DNA from: Leptonemataceae bacterium
GTDB lineage: Bacteria; Spirochaetota; Leptospiria; Leptospirales; Leptonemataceae
Assembly: GCA_965227295.1 (NCBI GenBank)
Contig: OZ245742.1
Coordinates: 4,864,001-4,928,000, forward strand
Direction of reading: 5' to 3'
Length of the DNA: 64,000 bases
Each line of letters opens with the position of its first letter. The first letter of the stretch is position 1. Below, piece by piece: positions 12,301 to 19,444 of this stretch. The position numbers and the translations under genes were made by a program. The notes under the pieces were generated by a model. It ran no database searches. It saw only the letters and a program-made list of their open reading frames with translations, and had not been told where the DNA came from.

Positions 12301-12384
12301 CTTTCTCAGAGCAGCAGTCGCATCTCGAACTTGCTTCAGCAAGGGCGCGTCGGCAATGGGCGCTTCGCTCTGGTAGTGACTCAT
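6400..12384 (-). CDS. Single-chain multidomain biotin-dependent acyl-CoA carboxylase (BC-BCCP-central region-CT-CT)
   Basis: BC motifs VLVANRGEIA, YPGYGFLSEN, GGGGKGM, QRRNQK, EMNTRLQVE, RIYAEDP; biotinyl motif SAMKME; CT motifs DGAGANIREG, LVTGLGRLDG, NAPGFVPG. Confidence 0.9.
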   Translation of the reverse strand: MSHYQSEAPIADAPLLKQVRDATAALRKLNRRTRERRRHDDGGRDHKLSKVLVANRGEIAKRFFLALHEEGIPSVAVVTEPDIGQSWYEFADETVLIGDANNYTHIPTIAAAAVLSGANAVYPGYGFLSENVDFVDALGVCSREFQRDIMFMGPPASVMRKVGNKLDARALAKQNNVPVFEGSEKIRDLEHAAQEAARIGYPVLIKLDQGGGGKGMQPVFRESELTAAVESAQRIGNDLYDNDDYYLEKLITRPVHIEVQIFNNLAVGIRKCAVQRRNQKIIEESGHSFLEPDRSRLLLEAAENMADISGYSEGGGAGTVEFLYDADTGEFGFLEMNTRLQVEYAVTDQSLGVDLASWQVRYFDGRGCDLPVEVIRERRFQFDRIDHAIECRIYAEDPENGYAPAPGKIVRLDLPTFNGVRCDFGFRQGDRVLPYYDPMIGKVIVRGSDRAQALMRLERALQELYIKGTLTNVAQLLRIVRHDAFREPDYTNRLLGDYPELESGQESDPGDYDRRRIMAVRFGAFTEYVRSIRERAGEIARRHDPEQADQLPIKEEVRQVFLVEYGSSHYRVRFVQRSMSNFFVYINDEYSGRIGLGRIADAEDEYLVRFGNRSLRIRTDDKPSYTVLRIKDSDDKIHYYRMKIRAEGGDGDEDNLDLVRAPFQATFVKFAGSASGGELAVGTEVRKGDPLIVVSAMKMETTIYAGRDGRLTYLLENGDISKLQLGKTSDGRILGRSISEGEVLAIVDPEDEEDFDAVAVTEQPAVGRRRRRATSLVETLYQKDIESIFAEYPQRNLSRCLKIMDSVIRGYIPTSSLPDGFLEILENIIEDRYEYEVRSVLRKQAIQILSFYTRMRRLFSPIVVADISYRAELQLFMAQKRLGDYKPSQNFQDVISPVLDAYNYRKHVRDQEDQRIVLSHAYLYLHLANVNDKARRAITRCLVHMLARSREQGAEIRECLSALMQQEMTELDESLVEYVRPLVHRIPDDVAEMRTLELFAEDDETSGADLYKEALDKLHPLLVFDVEDVMSLVTGFSESLESDETGELIPSEAPAWVQSELESKLKFLKQSSRVRRLYSPLETVYLYVLANGDDRRLVSFAAVDAASEQGAETPFARRIWKAIMDAVQVLFAARFIAKNPPLEIPRENGHRVEILTHVGDSRFDFSGFGGDFDYWELNRELTEHFPFLKITQIEASILHLDVHARASGTYSRRMIGFHGDGETIRFHLLDVDFRNPYSGLPAPEDPRVERMLARDKWPIDFWVRECFDDVDSVQEILVPSIDDQQVVNPETGAKQRLVVGASIFEGQIDGLPAIFFMKDSRVRGGATGNLEGLKYVAAAYIAYRLGRPLYVWNDGAGANIREGVISLNRAAQGFMMNTLLAENVDAETFARYTERNADETLRNMLAEIGRQFQFPEFIAEDRPPLFTVAVGIGSSAGLDVYGSSQATLQVLLDSPESYRVLTGSNVIRSVTGEDLTNYEIGGAKIMGKWTGIADFIARDKIHLIAIVRRIHRLFGAERERDRIERKGGAAESDEVYTRTALRGRSVVNERILQQNVDDGDFWSLKDEYFAAGAVVGGFARLGGRRTLLLGTRSRFGVRSSATAIRARELLKIAARTKSARILIFGRRWFQEMGPPDRFEDRAGLRARMDFLNTLRDTRGVHINILTHPDGLHRVELNASADALVYVRSGNETREQLQAVRQYAAFIASSFAGAFDYAQNLIALLSPLGSRSPVGPAGPANIPVEVNQAYDIVGSVIEAICDNGSFIEMYREMNDPAAGPALVTGLGRLDGRVVAILADQPQIMGGAPDAPGTEKFRVFMELVNRRGLPVVMLSNAPGFVPGTRQERLRIQAIGAESLDVNILGRVPVVSVVLHQNYGGRQIHAFSKFLRPGIAYVALNSSLVAVMGGQAAYDLFEGRKHGELLANGDEDGARENHRKFMEDFNRKSRADHDAQESGLLDIGISDVTELRASVVKGMEQAIHSHQLAFGADDPGS

Positions 12385-12561
12385 AGACGGCTCGGCTCTT
12401 ACAGTTTTTACGGTATTAGTCTTACCTACAAAACCATAAGAACTCGGGCTTTATACGCAGACTGACTCACCTCCCCTATTCCGATGCCGGAAGAGAGTCA
12501 ACCTGTTTCGCCGACTTTTAGTGAATCTGAGTAGAAAATAGCAGGCTTAACTTAATTTAGC

Positions 12562-15500
12562 TCACTTCTTTTCCATCAGGAAAAGTGTTACGTCGTCATC
12601 CTGCCGCGACATGAATTTGAAGCATGCTTCGACAATCCGATCGCGAACCGTTTCGATTCCATGTTCCGCATTAGTTTCGATGACTTCAATGAGGCGCGGC
12701 GTATCGAACTGTTCGTTTGACTCATTCCGGCATTCAATGACGCCGTCGGTGTAGAGAATGATGAAGTCTCCAGGAGCCAGGTGAAACTGCGCCTTACTGA
12801 TCATGCGCTCGTCCACCGTCGGCACGATGCCCATCCAGACGCCGTCAGATTGAATGACTTCCACCTTGCCCGTCGACTTACGCCAGACCAAAATATCCTC
12901 ATGCTTGCCGACGTGTTCAAAATTGCCCTCGGCATCCGCTTTGAGCGCAGTGAACGTCATGTACAGATTCTGCTTGGTGCGGTTCGCCATATTCTCGTGC
13001 AGCGTCTTGTTCAGGGCGGAGAACAGCTGCAGGGTATCCGGCTCCGGCGATGAGTTCAGATACGCACTGAATCCCGTTTGCGCCATAAGCATGAGCAGAC
13101 CGGAGTTCAGACCGTGCCCGGTCACGTCGCCAATGGCAATCCAGCGATGCCCGTCTAACCGATAGTAGTCGTAGTAGTCCCCCCCGACTTGCTCGGCCGG
13201 AGTCATGTGAGCCGCGATGTTGTAATCGTCGTCTTCGAGGGCGTTCGGCAAAATCGACATCTGCACATGCTTCGCCATTTCCATTTCTTTCTGGAGTTTC
13301 TGGCGTTCCGTTTCTTCCGCAACCAAACGAGAGTTTTCGAGGGAGATCGCCGCCTGAGAACCGAGAATTCCGAGAACCTCCAGACGATCCGGCGTGAATG
13401 CGCCGGTCGCCAGGTCGTTCTCCAGATACATAATGCCGACCAATCGTCCCTGTTTCGTGATCACGTGGGAAATCAGCGATTTGGTCTTCTTGGCCGCGAT
13501 GTAATCATCGCGCGTGAACCGGCCTTCGACGGCGGCGTTCTCCAGCACCACGTCCTGCCCTGTCCGCAAGGAATACTGCATGACCGAAGTGGGCACGTTA
13601 GCATCTGAAAGCGGAATGGATTTGAGAATGGAGGGTTGCGCACTGGTATCCGTTGTATCCTCCGCCTCAAGAAACAGAGCTCCGTCCTTTTCAAGAAGCA
13701 GACAGGCTCGCTGAGCCCCGGCGTTCTCGATTACGTTTTTCATTAAGTTTGAGAGAAGATTCTCCAGCTTGATCTCCCCGGAAATTGCCTGAGTGGCCTT
13801 AACGACCGTTGACATATCGAGGCCGCCCCCGCCGCCCGTGGACGTGGCCGTGGCCGCCGTTGTCGTGGCCGAAATCGTGGTGGTATCTCCGGACGAACCG
13901 CCGCGCCCGACCGAGAACCGTGAGAGCCGCAGTTCAGGGTGTTTCTGCTCCAGGTCGCGAACCTTGGCAACGGCGCCCCAACGCGCCCAATGGCGGTGGG
14001 CCTCATGCAGATACATCGATGAAATACGATCTTTGCCCTGTTCAGCGAAACAACGGGCCGCCAGTTCGTTGCCGAGACACAGCATGATCGGGTATCCGGC
14101 CTCTTCCGCCTCCTGGATCGCCGTATCGTAGAGGCGGCCGGCCTTTTCCCACTTACGTTTGTACCGGGCTTCTTCCGCGAGAACGAGGCTGTAATGTACC
14201 TGAAAGTTCTCAGGCATATTCTTCGCGGCATGTCGGAGGAGGAATCGGTTGAGGCGATATGCAACGCCGACGAAGAAACCCGTCGATTTCTTCCGGCTCT
14301 GGGCGAGAACGGACAGCATGAAGTAGAAGCGCTCGGCCTGGTCCAGGAGCAATCCGAGAACTTCAAGTACGATCTTGAAGCTATCCTTTGCGTATTTAAG
14401 GGCTTCTTCATATTGCTCGAAGGTATAGGCTTCGATCATCTTAAAAGTGAAGAAGTATGTTCGTACGGCAAAGTTGCCGGGGGTCCGCATTTCCTTCTCG
14501 AACATCTCCTCCGAGTAATCGTACATATCGGGGACATCGTCCATGTTCATGCCCCGCAATTTGCGAATAAAACCGATCAGGAAATATTGATTTAACGTTA
14601 CCTCGCGGTCTCGGAGGCGGTAGTGGTCATCGTAGAACCGCACGTTCTCTTCGTCGATCTCCGGGAGGGTCTTGTTGTAAAAGAGGATGCTCTGAGTGCG
14701 ACTAAAGGCAACCGCGTAGTTCCGCCAGTGAAGGTTTCCCGTATCCCGAAAACACTGCCGCGCAATCTGCATGTGTTCTACGTGATTCATAACCGGTTTC
14801 GTCCAGTGGCCGGTGAAACCGTTCTCCGTGAAGTGCACGCGTCCCTTTACGTCTACGTCGGGATTCTTTTCGTTGAGATCCATGGCCAGTTGCATGAACT
14901 GTGCGGATGTCTTGTATTCTTTCGTAACACCGGCCTGAACCAGCGCAATCATGGCATACGCGAAGGCCGAGTACATGGAGTTACCGTACCTCAGACACAG
15001 GCGGGCCATGTAGACGCAGATGTACCCCATGGTATCCGGCTGCGCGATGTAGGCCGAAGGAACCATGTCGTATAGAATCTTACAGATGTTCAGGACGCGG
15101 GCGTTTTGAATTTCTTTCAGATTTTTCAGGGACGCCGCTTTTCGGAAACCAAGCCGCAAACGGAACAGCACATATTGAAGACCGACGTTGACTTTGCCGA
15201 TTTTTTTCGGCAGACTTACACCGAGTTTGCGGAGCGCTTCGCGCGCACGATCCACACCGTCCTCGTGGCGGTTGAGCTGAAACAACACGGCCAGGTAGAT
15301 TTGATAGAGGCGAACCCTTTCATCGTCTGTTTCGCATCGATCGAGGGCATAGAGAATATCTCTTTCGCTCTCTTCGAACATGGTGCAACTGAACTCAGCT
15401 GAAGCCCGGTCCGCATAAATGTTCCAGATGAGGTCATGATTCTCGTCCCAGGCCCGATCCGCATCAAGGTAAGTGCTGGCGATGTTAAGGTACTCGACCG

Positions 15501-17817
15501 TCGATTCGAAAGCGGACGACTTAGATGCCTTCGCCGCGGCTCTCCAGTTGTACTCAGCGAGTTGATTGCGTTCCGCCGGGTCCGTAACGTAGTCACGCCC
15601 TTCATTGTATTGATTTACGATGTCAAAGAGGCGGTCCTCGACGTGTTCGGCCGTAACGCTCTTCAGCAAGAGGTTACCGATCCGCAAATGGATTTGCTTG
15701 CGTTCCTGTTCGTCGATCAGCCCGTAGCTCGCCTGCTGGACCCGGTCGTGGGCGAAACGAAAACCCGGGTTCGTACCTTTCTGCAATTCGGCGTCGCCGG
15801 CCACCTCCGCTTTAATATCGCGAAAGGATTCATCCATGGGCAGGATCATCTCTTCCTCGATCGCGGGCCAGAGATCTTCCAGGGTATCATGCATGTTCTT
15901 TTCATGAATGACGGCGAGCGTACGCAAGTCGAACTTGTTGCCGATGCACGCCGCGAATTGCAGCACACCTTGCGCCTCGGGGCTGAGGCGCGTCAGTTTC
16001 TGGGTCATGAGTTCGACAACGTTGTCTTGAATACCGAGTTTGGAGATGTAGGCAACATCCCACGTCCAGCCCTGGTCATAGTCGAATCTCAAGTGACCGT
16101 TTTCGTAGAGGTCCTTTAAGAGTTCCGCGGTGAAGAACGCGTTCCCCTGCGTCTTGGAAAAAATAAGACCCGCCAGTTCCTGGCTTCGAGTCGAATCGGA
16201 CTGAAGCGCGTCGCTGACCAACTGAGTCACGTCTTCCAGCGCCAGGTTGGATACCGCAATTTCGTGGGAGATGACATCGCTATCTTTGCGGAGCGATTCG
16301 ACCATCGACATCAGCGGATGGGAGGCATCCACCTCATTGTCGCGATAGGCGCCGATAAACAGGAAGTGACTGTTATCTTCGTCGGCCACCAGGGCCTTTA
16401 GCAAGGCCAGGGAGGCGTTATCCGCCCACTGGAGGTCGTCGATAAAGAGGACGAGCGGATGCTCCGCCCGAGAGATTGCCCGCAAAAAACCCTGAAAGAC
16501 GCGGATGAATCGGTTCTGAGATTCCTGAGGCCCCAGTTCCGGTACGGCGGGTTGCGAACCGATCACATGCTCCAGCCCGGGAATCAGCTCGACCAGGACC
16601 TGGCCGTTGTCACCGACTGCATCCAGGATCTTTTGTTTCCACTCATCCAGCCGATCCGCGCTCTCCGTCAGCAAAAGCTGGCAAAGGTCTTCGAAGGCCT
16701 GGGAAATTGCATAGTACGGAATACCCTTCTGTAACTGGTCGAATTTACCGGCGATGAAATTGCCGCGCTTTTCCGTAATGGGACGATGGACCTCGTTCAC
16801 CAGAGCGGACTTCCCGACGCCGGAGAATCCTTTGACCAGGACCATCTCGCATCGTCCGGTCGCCGCGCGCTCGAATGCGCTCATCAGAGCGGTGAGCTGA
16901 TTGTCCCGTCCGTAGAGCTTTTCCGGAACCTTGAAGGTGCCCGAAAAATCTTTGGTGCCGAGATCGAAAGTTTCGATCTCCCCATCCTTCAATCGTTCGA
17001 GACACTCGTCCAGGTCATTGCGCAGTCCGATGGCAGACTGATAACGATCCTCGGCATTCTTGGCCATAAGGCGAGTAACAATGTCGGACAGAATTCTTGG
17101 AACCTTGGGGTTCACCTCATGCACGGGCTCAGGTACCCGGGCGATGTGACAGTGCACGAGTTCCATGCTGTCCCGGGTCTCAAACGGAAGGCGTCCGGTC
17201 AGAATTTCGTAAAAGGTCACGCCCAGGGAGTACAGATCACTGCGCGAATCTACAATCCGGTTCATCCGCCCCGTTTGTTCCGGAGAAATATACGCCAGAG
17301 TCCCTTCCAGGGTTTCCGGGTTTCCCAGGTGCTGGTTCTTGAGGTTGATCCGAGTGGAGATACCGAAGTCGATGAACTTAACCGTGTTGGTATCCGGGTT
17401 TACCAGAATATTGGCCGGCTTGATGTCCTTGTGAATGATGCCTGCGCCGTGTATTGTCGCCAGATGCGAAGCGAGAATTCGGGCGATCTTAAGAAACGAA
17501 CGTACCGCCAGGCGCCCGCGCCCGATCAATTCCTTCAAAGACATGCCGCCGAAATCTTCGAGGATGAGGGCAACACCGGAGGACGATTCTTGCAGCATCA
17601 GCGGTCGCACGGCCGCATCTTCTGCGAGGGCCTTGCCGAACTCAAACTCCTGCTGAAGCTTGGCCATCTCTCGTAAGCCTGGATCCCGATTTCGCGGGAC
17701 CTTTACAATAACCTGCTCACCGGAGTCCAGGGTCGCACGATAGACCACCGTTGATTGCCCCTGATGTACGACATCTCCGAGGCTATATTCGAGTTTCTTT
17801 TCCGTCTGTTCGGCCAT
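12562..17817 (-). CDS. Ser/Thr kinase - AAA ATPase - GAF - SpoIIE/PP2C phosphatase fusion
   Basis: Kinase HKDIKPAN, DFG, SPEQ, DLYSLG; Walker A GFSGVGKS; Walker B LFIDDLQWAD; GAF (YLEN); PP2C VGGDYYD, GDVTGHG, YTDGV, DDDVT. Confidence 0.92.
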   Translation of the reverse strand: MAEQTEKKLEYSLGDVVHQGQSTVVYRATLDSGEQVIVKVPRNRDPGLREMAKLQQEFEFGKALAEDAAVRPLMLQESSSGVALILEDFGGMSLKELIGRGRLAVRSFLKIARILASHLATIHGAGIIHKDIKPANILVNPDTNTVKFIDFGISTRINLKNQHLGNPETLEGTLAYISPEQTGRMNRIVDSRSDLYSLGVTFYEILTGRLPFETRDSMELVHCHIARVPEPVHEVNPKVPRILSDIVTRLMAKNAEDRYQSAIGLRNDLDECLERLKDGEIETFDLGTKDFSGTFKVPEKLYGRDNQLTALMSAFERAATGRCEMVLVKGFSGVGKSALVNEVHRPITEKRGNFIAGKFDQLQKGIPYYAISQAFEDLCQLLLTESADRLDEWKQKILDAVGDNGQVLVELIPGLEHVIGSQPAVPELGPQESQNRFIRVFQGFLRAISRAEHPLVLFIDDLQWADNASLALLKALVADEDNSHFLFIGAYRDNEVDASHPLMSMVESLRKDSDVISHEIAVSNLALEDVTQLVSDALQSDSTRSQELAGLIFSKTQGNAFFTAELLKDLYENGHLRFDYDQGWTWDVAYISKLGIQDNVVELMTQKLTRLSPEAQGVLQFAACIGNKFDLRTLAVIHEKNMHDTLEDLWPAIEEEMILPMDESFRDIKAEVAGDAELQKGTNPGFRFAHDRVQQASYGLIDEQERKQIHLRIGNLLLKSVTAEHVEDRLFDIVNQYNEGRDYVTDPAERNQLAEYNWRAAAKASKSSAFESTVEYLNIASTYLDADRAWDENHDLIWNIYADRASAEFSCTMFEESERDILYALDRCETDDERVRLYQIYLAVLFQLNRHEDGVDRAREALRKLGVSLPKKIGKVNVGLQYVLFRLRLGFRKAASLKNLKEIQNARVLNICKILYDMVPSAYIAQPDTMGYICVYMARLCLRYGNSMYSAFAYAMIALVQAGVTKEYKTSAQFMQLAMDLNEKNPDVDVKGRVHFTENGFTGHWTKPVMNHVEHMQIARQCFRDTGNLHWRNYAVAFSRTQSILFYNKTLPEIDEENVRFYDDHYRLRDREVTLNQYFLIGFIRKLRGMNMDDVPDMYDYSEEMFEKEMRTPGNFAVRTYFFTFKMIEAYTFEQYEEALKYAKDSFKIVLEVLGLLLDQAERFYFMLSVLAQSRKKSTGFFVGVAYRLNRFLLRHAAKNMPENFQVHYSLVLAEEARYKRKWEKAGRLYDTAIQEAEEAGYPIMLCLGNELAARCFAEQGKDRISSMYLHEAHRHWARWGAVAKVRDLEQKHPELRLSRFSVGRGGSSGDTTTISATTTAATATSTGGGGGLDMSTVVKATQAISGEIKLENLLSNLMKNVIENAGAQRACLLLEKDGALFLEAEDTTDTSAQPSILKSIPLSDANVPTSVMQYSLRTGQDVVLENAAVEGRFTRDDYIAAKKTKSLISHVITKQGRLVGIMYLENDLATGAFTPDRLEVLGILGSQAAISLENSRLVAEETERQKLQKEMEMAKHVQMSILPNALEDDDYNIAAHMTPAEQVGGDYYDYYRLDGHRWIAIGDVTGHGLNSGLLMLMAQTGFSAYLNSSPEPDTLQLFSALNKTLHENMANRTKQNLYMTFTALKADAEGNFEHVGKHEDILVWRKSTGKVEVIQSDGVWMGIVPTVDERMISKAQFHLAPGDFIILYTDGVIECRNESNEQFDTPRLIEVIETNAEHGIETVRDRIVEACFKFMSRQDDDVTLFLMEKK

Positions 17818-18030
17818 AGTCTTCCTGGTGTTGGTTCGATAGGATGCGGTACGCTGATATTTGCCGCCCTATCCACCGATCGTCAACTCCTTTCCACAAG
17901 AATCAGGAGAATTGATGAAATGATCGTGGGGCGGAGCGGATACCAGAGGCAGGGCAAAGGCGCCCGGTCTGAGGAATCGACCGGGCACCGCGGAAATAGG
18001 TGGGGAAGAATACCGGATCGGAGATTCCGG

Positions 18031-18498
18031 TCAATGGTCTTCGAGAAACTCTCCGATACAGGGAAGAATGCCCAGCGCCGTAAAAAACGTCTGGGTATCG
18101 AAATTATGCCAGTCCTCTTCTAAACGACCTTCGTCATCCATGCGCCAGACGCCGGTCCCGGTAAACAATACGCTTCGATTTGCCGGTTCAATCTGGAGAA
18201 ACTTGCCGGTATGCGTCCCGCTAATCCAGTACTGCGCCGCGACTCGGTTTTCACCAACGCAGAGGGATTCATCGATCAACTCAATGGTGAGATCCGGGAA
18301 TGCATCCCGGTAGATTTTCACGAGCTTGCGAATGCCCGCATGGCTCACAATGCCGGCAGCATATGGATCGTGCCGGACATAATTCGGCGAATACAGTTCC
18401 TCCAGCGCGTCCGGATTCTTGCCGCTCCATACATCGGCCAGGATTCTGCGTACTGTATTCACAAGTTCGGTGGATGTGTGACTCTGGGTGGTAATCAT
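18031..18498 (-). CDS. SnoaL-like ester/polyketide cyclase (NTF2 fold)
   Basis: YRDAFPDL, GTHTGKF, W-x-NFD pattern; GGAG RBS before MITTQS at 18498; 28 bp after the thioesterase stop. Confidence 0.8.
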   Translation of the reverse strand: MITTQSHTSTELVNTVRRILADVWSGKNPDALEELYSPNYVRHDPYAAGIVSHAGIRKLVKIYRDAFPDLTIELIDESLCVGENRVAAQYWISGTHTGKFLQIEPANRSVLFTGTGVWRMDDEGRLEEDWHNFDTQTFFTALGILPCIGEFLEDH

Positions 18499-18526
18499 AA
18501 TCAGGTATCTCCTGGGGCCGGCGGCT

Positions 18527-19444
18527 TCAGCCTTTGACTCCGGCCAGTATTCGCATGAGCTGATCACCAAGAATACGCATGAGGTATTCCCGGTGTGTCT
18601 GCATATAGAAGTGGTTGCCGGGGAACATCGTTAAATCGTATTCTTTGGTAGTTTGCTTCTTCCATTCCTCGATCTCTTCGATGATCACCAGCTTGTCCTG
18701 GACCGCACCGAATGTAGAAATCGGGATATCCAGGGGAGCCTCGTCGATGTATTCGTACGCCCGTAGTAGATCCAGGTCGGCATCCATTACCACGCGCGCG
18801 AGGGTCATGAGTCCGAGGTTTTCCAGAACCTCCGGCGGCGTACCCCCGAGTTCTACAAAAAAGTCGTCCACCATCCCTTCCGGAATATTGAAAATCACCG
18901 AGCGACGCTGCGGCCGCGGAATATGGGGCCCGATAAACGACGAGATGAACATGTGCTCCGGTAGCCTGGCGCCCTGCCGACGAAGTTGCCGGGTGAGTTC
19001 GAAACTGGTCAACCCGCCCATGCAGTGACCAAAGAACGCGTAGGGTCTATCCAGAAACGGTGCGACGTTTTGCCCGAGTGCCTGAATCATCGGGAAAAAA
19101 TCCCGGTAGGGAGTTTCGTTCAGGCGATCCTCCCGGCCCGGAAGCTGGATCGCGCAAATCTCGACGTCCGCGGCCAGGGATTCGTGCCACGAGCGGTAGA
19201 GAGACCGTGCACCGCCGGCGTAGTGAAACGTGAAGAGTCGCATCTTCGCATTCGGCTTCTCTTCCGTTATGTGCACCCACGGATTGGCCTGTTGCGGTTT
19301 GGCCGCGGTCGTCGCGGCGGCGCCTCCGGCTGATGGACTCCGAGAAGCCGGTTGCCGGGCTGCCGGTCGTGCTCCATCGCCCTGCTGTGCAGGGCCACCG
19401 GAACGATTCTTAATTTTTGCGATTAGATCTTGTTTCTTACTCAT
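18527..19444 (-). CDS. Type II thioesterase with Cys nucleophile (GHCMG) and N-terminal extension
   Basis: LFTFHYAGG, QLPGRE, GHCMG, GNHFY. Start MSKKQ at 19444 overlaps the PKS-NRPS stop (ATGAGTAA). Confidence 0.88.
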   Translation of the reverse strand: MSKKQDLIAKIKNRSGGPAQQGDGARPAARQPASRSPSAGGAAATTAAKPQQANPWVHITEEKPNAKMRLFTFHYAGGARSLYRSWHESLAADVEICAIQLPGREDRLNETPYRDFFPMIQALGQNVAPFLDRPYAFFGHCMGGLTSFELTRQLRRQGARLPEHMFISSFIGPHIPRPQRRSVIFNIPEGMVDDFFVELGGTPPEVLENLGLMTLARVVMDADLDLLRAYEYIDEAPLDIPISTFGAVQDKLVIIEEIEEWKKQTTKEYDLTMFPGNHFYMQTHREYLMRILGDQLMRILAGVKG

